Positions 49,075 to 58,244 are shown, numbered from the stretch's first letter. The stretch: DNA of 64,000 nucleotides from Candidatus Thorarchaeota archaeon (GCA_016840855.1 JAEORO010000069.1:1-64000); one strand, 5' to 3'. The notes: generated by a model from the letters alone, not told the origin. Made by a program: numbers and translations.

Positions 49075-49761
49075 TTAACTCTCAGGAGTCTTAGAATTAC
49101 CATCTTTTTCTTCTTGTATGTAATCTTCGTTTCGAGTTAATTCATCTTCAAGAATATCTTGAAGTATATCAGATTCTTGACCTTCGGTTTTCCTCTTAAA
49201 AAGAATTCCAGTTATGATTGCAGTTAATGCAATTGATGCAACAACAATGGGCATGGATTCAAAGAATCCACCACCCAAGGCAAGTCCACTTAAAGCTATT
49301 ACTGCCCCTGCAATTGTAACAGCAACTTTTCCCGTAAAGTAACTGATTATAAATTTGACAGTATTATATTTAGCAAGTCCGACATAAACAATCAATGGAT
49401 CGTCAGGTACTGGAGAAGCCGCTGCAATAAAGAGTGCAAGAGCACCCCATTTCTCAACACGCTGTTTCTCTGTGTCAAGAGATGCTAAACGTGCCTCAGA
49501 TAGAACTGCTCTTGACCCTCTTACGACATAAAAATGGATCAGTTTTGCCAGAGTAGCAGTAATAGCTACAATTACGCCTATGAGAATTGCGTCAATTAAT
49601 CCTACGGGCATTAGAATTGAAAAAACGAGGACAGCAGCACCAGCAAGAACCATGTTGCTAGGACTAAGGAAGGGAATCATGTTTATTGCAAAACAAATAA
49701 TGAAGAGACCTACATATCCCTGACTAATCATGTCCAGAATGAATTGAACAATGTTCTGCAT
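49075..49761 (-). CDS. DedA/VTT (SNARE-associated Golgi protein) family membrane protein
   Basis: IPFLSP, AASPVPDD and GK motifs; several TM helices. Confidence 0.85.
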   Translation of the reverse strand: MQNIVQFILDMISQGYVGLFIICFAINMIPFLSPSNMVLAGAAVLVFSILMPVGLIDAILIGVIVAITATLAKLIHFYVVRGSRAVLSEARLASLDTEKQRVEKWGALALFIAAASPVPDDPLIVYVGLAKYNTVKFIISYFTGKVAVTIAGAVIALSGLALGGGFFESMPIVVASIALTAIITGILFKRKTEGQESDILQDILEDELTRNEDYIQEEKDGNSKTPES

Positions 49762-49805
49762 GTTTTATGCACCAATGTGGTAGCATGAGGCTAGGAATCA
49801 TAGAA

Positions 49806-50234
49806 TCAAACTGATACGTGTTCGATTACGACTCTTTGAACTCCATCAAGAACCTTGAGAGAACTCTCTAATTCATTTATGTCTGAGCTAAGTTGTCCAG
49901 GGTTAAAGTAACACTCGTAGAAACATCTTGTTCCTCGGAGACACACTCCCGTTGAGAATAAGAGATCAACGAGACCTGCTCTTTTGAATATTTGAGAGAG
50001 TTTGGTCAAGAAGTCATTTGTGAGCTTTCCAATCTCAAGACTCAGAAATAATACTTCGTCACTCTCTAAAGGAAATATCTTAATGAGTCGGTCCTTGTGC
50101 ACTAGCACCATCAGACCTTGACCAGTTCCCATGGCGTTTTTAAAAGCCTTAGGAAATTTTACGGTTTCACTTTCATCAAAAACTAGTACTTTTCCGGCGG
50201 TTGCACCTTCATAGGTTTCGTCTGACATCAGCAT
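49806..50234 (-). CDS. Hypothetical protein, possible C-terminal ACT-like domain
   Basis: ATG at 50234 after GGAG; beta-alpha-beta-beta-alpha-beta pattern ending LKVLDGVQRVVI. Confidence 0.6.
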   Translation of the reverse strand: MLMSDETYEGATAGKVLVFDESETVKFPKAFKNAMGTGQGLMVLVHKDRLIKIFPLESDEVLFLSLEIGKLTNDFLTKLSQIFKRAGLVDLLFSTGVCLRGTRCFYECYFNPGQLSSDINELESSLKVLDGVQRVVIEHVSV

Positions 50235-50353
50235 TTGTCTCCGTAGCGAAATCCTGCTGATGTAAGTCCTCAAACTCGTTAATAAGTAAATCTCTACTGT
50301 TTGGTCTGATGTGTGGTCCTTTTGTATTGTAATCAAAAACAATACTTTGACCT

Positions 50354-50626
50354 ATGATGAGGCTGTCAGAAATAGAAAAAGGCCCTTATTATGATATGAG
50401 AGAAGTATCAGAATTGAGAATACAGTATCAATGCGAATATCGCCTGCTTCTGAAACAACAGTTTGGAGAATCTCATTCATCTAAGAGCATTACTGGAACA
50501 AAATTACATCAGCGTGTTGCACTTGTAGATAATAATCAAAATTTCAAAAGAAATGAAATTCAACTTCTGCCTCTATTGGTAATCATACTTACTTTGATTA
50601 TTGGCATCTTCTGGATCTTCGGGTGA
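50354..50626 (+). CDS. Cas4-like N-terminal fragment with C-terminal TM anchor
   Basis: VSELRIQYQCEYR (first Fe-S Cys) and GTKLH (Cas4/RecB motif I); tail LLPLLVIILTLIIGIFWIFG. Confidence 0.7.
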   Translation: MMRLSEIEKGPYYDMREVSELRIQYQCEYRLLLKQQFGESHSSKSITGTKLHQRVALVDNNQNFKRNEIQLLPLLVIILTLIIGIFWIFG

Positions 50627-50630
50627 TTTC

Positions 50631-51287
50631 ATGAGTGATCTGATCAGCCTTCTTATGCTCATGTTATTTCTCTTTGGAATTCTTCTTCTTGTGAGAGATC
50701 TAAGAACTGGTTTCATCACAATTGGAATGAAGATAAAATACGCAAGTCCAGCGCAATTTAGCCTGTCAGAATTTCTCAAAATGGATTCAAGCCAAGAGAG
50801 GCTCATTAAGTATTATTACTTCTCAGAGGAAAATGTGAAGTCATTGGGTCACCGCTATACTGGAAGATTTGATGGAGGAATTCTCCATTGGGAAGAGACT
50901 GCAATATTGGATCTTGTAATAGAGTACAAATTTCCTACATTGTATCTCCCAAAACAGGCAAGGTTAGAGGATGTCTTTCAACTGGAACTCTATGCCCTTG
51001 CACTCCATGAATGTGGTATTTCATGTTCTTCAACAATTCTTGTAACAATTTACTGTCTTCAAGAGAATGCAGAGAGATGCATGAGTAAGAAATCATTCAG
51101 AGACTGCTGGCGATGCAATGCTGGAAGAAAATTCACAACACGATTCAAGCCTAAGAGAGTGTTGAAAGAACTGAAGAGATTGGATGAAATTTGGTATCAT
51201 GGGAGAAGACCAAAGCCTACCAAAGACGCAAATCGCTGTAGGATTTGTCCATATAGCCGCGGTAAGTGCAATTTTTCATCTGTATGA
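50631..51287 (+). CDS. Cas4-like PD-(D/E)XK nuclease C-terminal part with N-terminal TM anchor
   Basis: GRFD, IEYKF, QLELY and terminal CRICPYSRGKC. The ATG at 50631 follows a GGTGA that contains the upstream stop. Confidence 0.8.
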   Translation: MSDLISLLMLMLFLFGILLLVRDLRTGFITIGMKIKYASPAQFSLSEFLKMDSSQERLIKYYYFSEENVKSLGHRYTGRFDGGILHWEETAILDLVIEYKFPTLYLPKQARLEDVFQLELYALALHECGISCSSTILVTIYCLQENAERCMSKKSFRDCWRCNAGRKFTTRFKPKRVLKELKRLDEIWYHGRRPKPTKDANRCRICPYSRGKCNFSSV

Positions 51288-51354
51288 ATCTTGATACTAG
51301 AGGGATACAGCAACACAGACCTTTTTTACCTCATAGACTTTACTGAAAATTGCC

Positions 51355-51771
51355 ATGGTTCATTCATTAACAAGACTTCTTACGCATGTGATGACTGCAA
51401 AGAGAGACCTCAAACGTGTTTACTATACCAGCCGTAACCAAGATGCAAAACTAGATTCAAAGGAACTTGTTGCAGCTACAATTACACTCCAGAAGCTACT
51501 TGAAGACCTCATAGCGAAACGTCGAACAATCAGGGTAGCCAAGAAGATATTGGAGGACAAGAAAGCGGAACTGAATCTTCGTCAGTGGGCAATTGGATTT
51601 CCGCGGCGTGTTAGAGATTTCCTCTCAAAATCAAAGAAGCTAGAACAGCAGCATCTTCGTAAATATCAGCAAGCACTCTTGGAATATATCAATAACATAA
51701 GCACAGAACTTACTAAATGGATAGAGGATATTGAAACTCTAAGAGGAATGCCTCATCCACCAAAGGGATAG
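51355..51771 (+). CDS. Hypothetical basic all-helical protein
   Basis: 138 aa, K/R-rich, heptad-like pattern. Confidence 0.7.
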   Translation: MVHSLTRLLTHVMTAKRDLKRVYYTSRNQDAKLDSKELVAATITLQKLLEDLIAKRRTIRVAKKILEDKKAELNLRQWAIGFPRRVRDFLSKSKKLEQQHLRKYQQALLEYINNISTELTKWIEDIETLRGMPHPPKG

Positions 51772-51772
51772 G

Positions 51773-52852
51773 CTACCAGCGTAATCGTGCAGCCATCCCG
51801 CCAAAAGCTTTCAGTTGTGCTCCAGATTCTGTTTGATTTGAAAAAACAAGAAGCTGAGACCCATAATTAGCTGTTTCTTCATAAAGTTCATCCATCTGAT
51901 CAGCAAGATCTTCGGAAACCATGATTGTATCTACACGGCCTTGACGGAGTGCATCCATGACTTCTTTCTTGCCATAGGTGACAGTATTGAGCCCTTTCAA
52001 GAGGTCACCCATAAAACCGTCCCAGGTCTGCCGCTCAGCATAGATTTCAGTTTCACGGAGCACACGAGATGCCTCTTTCATTGCTTGGAACAAACCAGTT
52101 TCATCAATTACACTCACCGGAATGATGGTTTCTGCAACCTTCTCTCGCAGACGATAGTCCAGGTCACCCTTTTCTAGGAACTCTTGACAACGGATTGTAT
52201 TACCACCCAAGACAATTGCATCAACGTTATCCAAGTTATCAAGAAGAAGTTCACCTAGCAAACGTCCAACATGCTTGAAGAACTCAAGCATCTTTTCTTC
52301 ACGAATTCGTAAGTAACGTTTTGCACTCTGTCCACCAGCTCTTGTTTTCCCGATGATATAGAAGTCCTCATCACGGACCAGCTCCATATGCTTTCCACGA
52401 AGATAACCTATCGTTACCTTTCCGCCTTCGATTAGTACTATAACAACCAAACTCTTTGGCTGCGTCATTGTCTCGAGTTCTTCAGTAACAAATTCACGGC
52501 CACAGAGATATACGAATTGCGAAATTGGTGAAGGGGGAACTATGATCTCACGTATCTCTTCGTTTGTTCCTCCTTCTTCCTTAATACCAAAAAAGAAGGC
52601 AATACCGTTTTCAGGTAGCTGTGTAATCTTGGTGAGTTCACTGAGAATAGCTGTAAGATTATCTGAAACGTTCTTTCGATTCGCTTTGCTTTTGATGTTC
52701 TCTGCACCTGCAAGTTCAGTTTTTACAAAGCTTATGACATCAGTCAGGTTCTTTGAGGGGGGGATGTAGATTGTGGTGAAAGAACTATGGCGTCCTTGGT
52801 AAGCTTTTAGCTGCTCTATTTTGCGCTTTAGCCTATATCGATTCAAGGACAC
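51773..52852 (-). CDS. prf1: Peptide chain release factor aRF1
   Basis: NIKS, YLCGREF (YxCxxxF), GGQS and FGGMAARLR. Confidence 0.95.
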   Translation of the reverse strand: MSLNRYRLKRKIEQLKAYQGRHSSFTTIYIPPSKNLTDVISFVKTELAGAENIKSKANRKNVSDNLTAILSELTKITQLPENGIAFFFGIKEEGGTNEEIREIIVPPSPISQFVYLCGREFVTEELETMTQPKSLVVIVLIEGGKVTIGYLRGKHMELVRDEDFYIIGKTRAGGQSAKRYLRIREEKMLEFFKHVGRLLGELLLDNLDNVDAIVLGGNTIRCQEFLEKGDLDYRLREKVAETIIPVSVIDETGLFQAMKEASRVLRETEIYAERQTWDGFMGDLLKGLNTVTYGKKEVMDALRQGRVDTIMVSEDLADQMDELYEETANYGSQLLVFSNQTESGAQLKAFGGMAARLRW

Positions 52853-52986
52853 TTTTTGTCACCTTCACACTGTATATCTTTGCTGATTATTAAAAATCAG
52901 AGGCAGGTCAAATCCGCCAACTGAGAACCTCAATTGAGCATATTTGAACATTACGACATAACGATTATTGTGCAGACGCTTGTGAA

Positions 52987-53150
52987 GACCATTCATAATT
53001 ACGGCGACAGATTAAAAAGGTGAGGGCATCGTTGAAACTTTCAACAGGTGAAGGACGGATGGATAACCGCCAATTTACATCAAGCCCATAAGGGATCATT
53101 TGTCATGCCATAATAGTGAAAATCTGGTGGGTCCATCATGCTTCAATCTG
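52987..53150 (+). promoter_or_regulatory. Structured 5' leader of pheS (candidate cis-regulatory RNA)
   Basis: Long helix GATGGAT-AA-CCGCCA / TGGTGG-GTCCATC with + strand G-U pairs, hairpin GTTGAA/TTCAAC, and closing CAGATT/AATCTG. Confidence 0.4.
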
Positions 53151-53176
53151 ATTGTTTTAGGAGTTTTGATTAACAC

Positions 53177-54685
53177 ATGAGTGAACAGCTGACAGAAGGT
53201 GAGAGAATAGTACTAAGAGAACTATTGAATCTAGGCCAGCGTGTTTCATCGTCACAACTTGCCAGTAATCTCAAGCAAGGTGATGAGCGAGTAATTTCTA
53301 TCCTCAACTCATTAGCTAGTCGTAGTTTTGTGCAAATTCAAACTAGAGAGATTGTGTCATATTCGCTTACAGATGAAGGAATAAGCTATGCAGAGATTGG
53401 ACTTCCTGAAATCCGTCTTTTTAATGGAGTTAAAAAACTAGGAGGGAAGGCTACCTTTGATGAAGCTGTTGCTCAAGCAGAATTAGACTCAGAAACTACA
53501 AGAATCGCAATGAACTGGGCTCGGAAAAATGGATGGCTAGAAATATCGAAAGAGGACGATGTCACTATCCTCCAGTGTTCAGTTGACATTGCAGAATCAG
53601 ACATATCTGAGGTTCTTGATTTACTGTCATCAGGAAGAGAATTACTATCAAAAACACATGCTGAATCTTTGAAGATAGCCTTAGAGAGAAAACTAGTCTA
53701 TGAGATTATCACCAAGAGATTTGAAGCTGAGATTGTCCAAGCTAAAATTGGAGAGATTGAGCAATTAGTTGAAGGTGTCGTGAAAGGGATTGGAGATATT
53801 ACTCCAGAGCTTCTTGCAAGTGATGCATGGAAAACTGCAACTTTCAGACCATATAATGTTGACATACAACCAGCTTATCGTAACTACGGCAAAAAGCATC
53901 CGTATGCAGAGTTCAACGATTGGTTAAGAGAAATAATGATCGGATTAGGATTCACTGAATGGTTCGGACCATATGTGGAAACTGAATTCTGGGCTCATGA
54001 TACACTCTTCGTCCCTCAAGACCATGTTGCTAGGGAAGTCCAAGATCAATTCCGTGTTGTAGCCCCATACAGTCATGGGCAAATCAGCGATAAGAAATAC
54101 TACAATACTGTAAAGGAGGTTCACGAGAATGGTGGTCACACAGGATCAAAAGGATGGGATTGGCCATACCATGAAGAAATAGCAACACGCCTATGTCTAC
54201 GTCCACATACAACTCCTGTTTCTATGAGGTTTCTTTATGAACATCGTAAAGGTCCTCAGAAGATGTTCATAATTGATAGGAATTTCAGGTCTGAAACTCT
54301 TAGTGCAACACACGCACAGGAGTTCGATCAGTGTGAAGGAATAATTATGGACAAAGGATTGACATTGCGAGACCTGCTTGGATATCTTACCTCAATATGC
54401 AAAGGTGTTGGCATTGAGGAACTTAAATTCAAACCTGGTCAGTTCCCATTCACAGAGCCTAGTGTTGAAACCTTTGGAAAGCATGAGAAGCTTGGGTGGA
54501 TTGAACTTGGAGGTTCAGGGATTTTCAGACCTGAAGTCACTCAGCCTCTTGGAATTAAGGACACAGTTCTTGCGTGGGGAATTGGAAGTGGAAGGCTGTA
54601 CATGGCTTCAATGGGAATTAATGACATAAGGGACCTTTTCTCGCGAGATTTGACCTGGCTTAGGAGGAGCTACTTCATCAGGTAG
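53177..54685 (+). CDS. pheS: Phenylalanine--tRNA ligase alpha subunit (archaeal/eukaryotic long form)
   Basis: N-terminal wHTHs, GKKHP, PQDHVARE, LRPHTT, FRSE, FPFTEPS and GSGIFRPE. Confidence 0.97.
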   Translation: MSEQLTEGERIVLRELLNLGQRVSSSQLASNLKQGDERVISILNSLASRSFVQIQTREIVSYSLTDEGISYAEIGLPEIRLFNGVKKLGGKATFDEAVAQAELDSETTRIAMNWARKNGWLEISKEDDVTILQCSVDIAESDISEVLDLLSSGRELLSKTHAESLKIALERKLVYEIITKRFEAEIVQAKIGEIEQLVEGVVKGIGDITPELLASDAWKTATFRPYNVDIQPAYRNYGKKHPYAEFNDWLREIMIGLGFTEWFGPYVETEFWAHDTLFVPQDHVAREVQDQFRVVAPYSHGQISDKKYYNTVKEVHENGGHTGSKGWDWPYHEEIATRLCLRPHTTPVSMRFLYEHRKGPQKMFIIDRNFRSETLSATHAQEFDQCEGIIMDKGLTLRDLLGYLTSICKGVGIEELKFKPGQFPFTEPSVETFGKHEKLGWIELGGSGIFRPEVTQPLGIKDTVLAWGIGSGRLYMASMGINDIRDLFSRDLTWLRRSYFIR

Positions 54686-54694
54686 GTGATAAGA

Positions 54695-56365
54695 ATGATT
54701 ATAGAATGTCGAATCGATGATCTTCTTTCATTAATAGGAAAGAAACTCACCATGCAAGAGCTAGAAGATACGCTATTTCTGATAAAAGCTGAGGTTGAGA
54801 ATGTAGATGGAAACATCATTGAGATAGAAGTGAATCCAGACCGCCAAGATATGCTATCCACAGAAGGCATAGCTAGGTCAGTTAGGTCATTCTTGAGTAT
54901 TGAAACAGGATTGAAGACATATGCTGTGAAAAAATCAGGGAAACAAGTCATTGTCAAAACAGGACTTGCAAAAATCAGACCCTTCATTTGCTGCTCTATC
55001 ATTAAGGGTGTACCTTCTGATGATGAATTGATAAAGGAATACATGCACCTGCAAGATTCTCTAACATCAACACATGGAAGGAATAGAAGCAAAGCCAGCA
55101 TTGGTCTCTATGTATACGACGAACTTGAATTCCCAGTGATTTATGGATTGCGTGCTCCTGAGATGATCAAGTTCATACCATTAGGTTATGAGAAAGAGAT
55201 GGATGGTCCAACAATTCTGAATCAACATGAGAAAGGAGTTGAATTTGGGCCCATTATTCAGAAACATAAGAAATGGCCATTACTCTATGACTCTAAAAAT
55301 CAAATTTTGAGTCTCCCTCCAGTCATCAACAGCAACCACCTAGGACGAATAACCACAGAAACCAGGAATATATTCGTTGAAGTTACAGGGACACATTTGC
55401 CGACAGTACATCAAGCTCTGAACATCATCACCGCATCCCTTGAAGAAAGAGGGGGTAAAATTGAGTCTGTTACAGTCGTATATCCTGATGGCACTACTGA
55501 TGAAACTCCAGATTTTAAGCCGGATCGAATAAGGATCAACGTGGACGACGTTAATTCGCTTTTAGGTCTCGATTTATCAGAAAGTCAGATTGTCAGAGCA
55601 TTGGAAAGAATGGGTTATGGAGCAAAAACAACGAAAGCAAAACAAATTCAGGTGTTCATCCCCAAGTTCAGAATGGACATTCTTCATCCCGTCGATATAA
55701 TCGAAGACATAGCTATCGGATATGGATATGACCGATTGGAGCCCGCTATGCCCCAAACAATGACTATGGGAAAAATCAATCCGATAACTAGAATCAAAAA
55801 CAAGATTCGAGATTTATTGGTTGGACTTGGCTATCAAGAAGTCATGAACTACATCATGAGTTCTCCTGATTTACTGAATGAAAAAATGAATCGAAATCGG
55901 CCACTGGTAGAAACTGGTAATCCAAAGAGTCGCAACTACTCGGTCCTCAGGAACTCTCTTCTTCCAATTCTCCTTGATTTCATTTCACAGAATCAACATG
56001 CGGATTATCCACAGAAGATCTTCGAGGTTGGAGATGTGACAGTTCCGGATGAGTCAAAGGAAACCCGCGCAAACCAGGTTACGTCGATTTGCGGTGTGAC
56101 GACAGATGTAAAGGTAAACATCACTAGTCTAATGAGCGAGATAGGATTTCTTTTACGTAATCTTGGATTAGACAAACAATTCACGTTCGAATCAGAAAAG
56201 AGCACAGACTTCATTGAAGGTAGGTGCGCAAGCATTAAGATTAATGATGAACCATGGGGATCTTTTGGAGAGATTTCTCCCAGAATACTCTCTAACTTCG
56301 GAATTGGCTATCCAATCGTAGCTTTCGAGATTCACATTCCAAGAAATGCAGATTGGATTACGTAA
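54695..56365 (+). CDS. pheT: Phenylalanine--tRNA ligase beta subunit
   Basis: DRQDMLS.EG, GRNRSKASIG, SLPPVINS, RMDILHPVDIIED and LRNSLLP. Start is the ATG at 54695 or the GTG at 54686. Confidence 0.97.
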   Translation: MIIECRIDDLLSLIGKKLTMQELEDTLFLIKAEVENVDGNIIEIEVNPDRQDMLSTEGIARSVRSFLSIETGLKTYAVKKSGKQVIVKTGLAKIRPFICCSIIKGVPSDDELIKEYMHLQDSLTSTHGRNRSKASIGLYVYDELEFPVIYGLRAPEMIKFIPLGYEKEMDGPTILNQHEKGVEFGPIIQKHKKWPLLYDSKNQILSLPPVINSNHLGRITTETRNIFVEVTGTHLPTVHQALNIITASLEERGGKIESVTVVYPDGTTDETPDFKPDRIRINVDDVNSLLGLDLSESQIVRALERMGYGAKTTKAKQIQVFIPKFRMDILHPVDIIEDIAIGYGYDRLEPAMPQTMTMGKINPITRIKNKIRDLLVGLGYQEVMNYIMSSPDLLNEKMNRNRPLVETGNPKSRNYSVLRNSLLPILLDFISQNQHADYPQKIFEVGDVTVPDESKETRANQVTSICGVTTDVKVNITSLMSEIGFLLRNLGLDKQFTFESEKSTDFIEGRCASIKINDEPWGSFGEISPRILSNFGIGYPIVAFEIHIPRNADWIT

Positions 56366-56469
56366 AGAGCTAAATTAAAACAAGTTTAATCTCCGCAGAA
56401 AAGATATAAAACAAGACTCGTGAAGAGTGAGAGTACGTCCGGAAAGCGATAACTCGGGGTTGCCAATGT

Positions 56470-57078
56470 ATGACGCAGAGAATTGATACTTCAGAAACCA
56501 TATCTGACACAGACACGTCCGATGGCTTTGAAGGGTACAAGTTTCGTGTGGTCCTACTAGGAGAGGCAGCCGTTGGGAAAACATCGCTTGTAAGGAGATA
56601 TACTGAGAACGTCTTTGATGAAGAGTATAAACAGACCATTGGAACTACATTCGCGACAAAAGACATTGATGTGACAGATAGCGAGGGCAGTATTCGTAAG
56701 GTTCGTTTGAACGTTTGGGATATGGGTGGTCAATCAACATACAGAGAACTTCGAAGGCAATTCATGAAAGGTGCGTCAGGTGCCATCATTGTATATGACG
56801 TTACACGTCCTGAAACATTCATGGCAATGAACAATTGGTTTGAATCGTTCAGAGAGGTTTGTCCTGCTTCGCCTGTTATCATTAGTGCTAACAAGATTGA
56901 CCTCGCCGATCAAAGGATGGTCCCTCAGGAACCTGGATTGATGCTTCGCGATTGGTTCCAAGCGGAGTATTTTGAAACTTCAGCAAAAACTGGCGACGAG
57001 GTAAACAATGTGTTTACTCGTATTGCAGAGGTTGTTCTGGGAAAGGCTCTATCAGAAGCTAAAGGTCCTTTGATGTAG
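56470..57078 (+). CDS. Rab-like small GTPase
   Basis: G1 GEAAVGKTS, G2 TIG, G3 WDMGGQ, G4 NKID, G5 ETSAKTG. Confidence 0.93.
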   Translation: MTQRIDTSETISDTDTSDGFEGYKFRVVLLGEAAVGKTSLVRRYTENVFDEEYKQTIGTTFATKDIDVTDSEGSIRKVRLNVWDMGGQSTYRELRRQFMKGASGAIIVYDVTRPETFMAMNNWFESFREVCPASPVIISANKIDLADQRMVPQEPGLMLRDWFQAEYFETSAKTGDEVNNVFTRIAEVVLGKALSEAKGPLM

Positions 57079-57093
57079 ACCTATCCAGACGAG

Positions 57094-57516
57094 GTGAAGA
57101 GAAATATGAAAGTAAGGGACTTCATGACTTCATTAATCATCACAGCAGAAGTAGACACTCCTGTGACAGATGCAGTCAGATTGATGGCTGTTGAAGATGT
57201 TGGAAGTCTCTTGGTCACAAAAGCAGATGTTCTCGCAGGTATGGTCACTCTTCGTGAAGTCATTGGAGCACAACTTCTTTCCGAGGAATTATACCACACT
57301 CTTTGCTTGGAAGATATCATGACAACTCCAGTCGTCACCATCGGACCTGAAGCAGATATTGGGCAGGTAATCACCCTAATGAATCAAACTGGGAAACGAC
57401 ATATTCCAGTCATTGAAGGAAATGATATCATTGGTTTGGTGGCCACCACAGACATAATCAGAGTACTTGCTACTGTGAAGCTTATTGCTGATGGAGCCCC
57501 GATGCTTGAAGATTAA
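57094..57516 (+). CDS. Stand-alone CBS-pair protein
   Basis: VRDFMT, VGSLLV, GMVT.RE, DIMTTP, RHIPV and GLV.TTD. Confidence 0.9.
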   Translation: MKRNMKVRDFMTSLIITAEVDTPVTDAVRLMAVEDVGSLLVTKADVLAGMVTLREVIGAQLLSEELYHTLCLEDIMTTPVVTIGPEADIGQVITLMNQTGKRHIPVIEGNDIIGLVATTDIIRVLATVKLIADGAPMLED

Positions 57517-58244
57517 GCAGGTTTGTATTTTGGAATCTCATCTTTGATTTCTTTCTTGAGCTTTATCACATCACGAGCTTGGAGTTCATGGCGTTTCTGA
57601 TATCCCCCCACAATTCCGGCCCATCTATCAATATGAACCATAATTGGGTCACTTGGCACAATCTTCAAAATTGCCGCTTTTGCCTCAGCCATGGCATCAA
57701 GAACATCCCCTGCAATACAACCCATTTTTAGAGATTTAACAATTGAATTCAAATGACCTGCAATTTGCATTGCGCGATCTGCAGGGAGAGCTGTTGGAGC
57801 AAAGGTAGCAACGGGTTCAGGTTCAGGCTCAGGGGTGACAACTGGAGCAGGTTCTGGAGTCGGCGTGGGCGTTGCTTTAGGAGGAGGAGTTGGTGCAGCT
57901 GGTTTTGGAGGAGCAGTTTCAGGCATCTTAGTCAACATTTCATCAATGAGAGCAATCATTTCATTCCTGAGTTTTTCCATTGATTGTTGAACAAATACTC
58001 GAATGGCTCCAACTTCCTGTACGACCATATTGGCAAGAGCCTCTTGATTATCAGGAGGTGATGCAGCTGAGGTCTGCTTACCTATTGCAGCAATAATCTC
58101 ATCCTTGGCAACTCGCACCTCAGATTTAATCTCAGTCACTGTACCAAGAATTGTAATCATGCGTTTTAGAGTTTCACCAAGTTGATTGATGCTCTCTTCA
58201 ATCTTCGTTAAACGACTTAGAAATTGCTCTGCCAAGATAGTCAC
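57513..58244 (-). CDS. Hypothetical coiled-coil protein with proline-rich linker
   Basis: Heptad N-terminus, linker APPKPAAPTPPPKATPTPTPEPAP..PEPEPEP, and helical C-terminal domain. Confidence 0.8.
   Translation of the reverse strand: MTILAEQFLSRLTKIEESINQLGETLKRMITILGTVTEIKSEVRVAKDEIIAAIGKQTSAASPPDNQEALANMVVQEVGAIRVFVQQSMEKLRNEMIALIDEMLTKMPETAPPKPAAPTPPPKATPTPTPEPAPVVTPEPEPEPVATFAPTALPADRAMQIAGHLNSIVKSLKMGCIAGDVLDAMAEAKAAILKIVPSDPIMVHIDRWAGIVGGYQKRHELQARDVIKLKKEIKDEIPKYKPA

Noticed and set aside
50354-51287. CRISPR-Cas locus
   Set aside because: No repeat-spacer array and no cas1, cas2 or effector genes were seen; the Cas4-like genes are solo.
52902-52919. tRNA gene or remnant (GGTCAAATCC)
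   Set aside because: No acceptor stem, D-arm or anticodon arm around it.
16313-57096. In-frame TAG junctions (16313 ferredoxin/aor, 43861 oxidase A/B, 54683 pheS/pheT, 57076 GTPase/CBS) suggesting pyrrolysine readthrough fusions
   Set aside because: Each downstream gene has its own SD-like sequence and start codon. TAG also ends many genes with out-of-frame or convergent neighbours, and no pyl genes are in the window. Ordinary translational coupling explains the pattern.
57790-57920. DNA repeat or mobile element in the Pro-rich stretch
   Set aside because: The short repeats only reflect PE/PT codons within an intact ORF; there are no terminal repeats or transposase.
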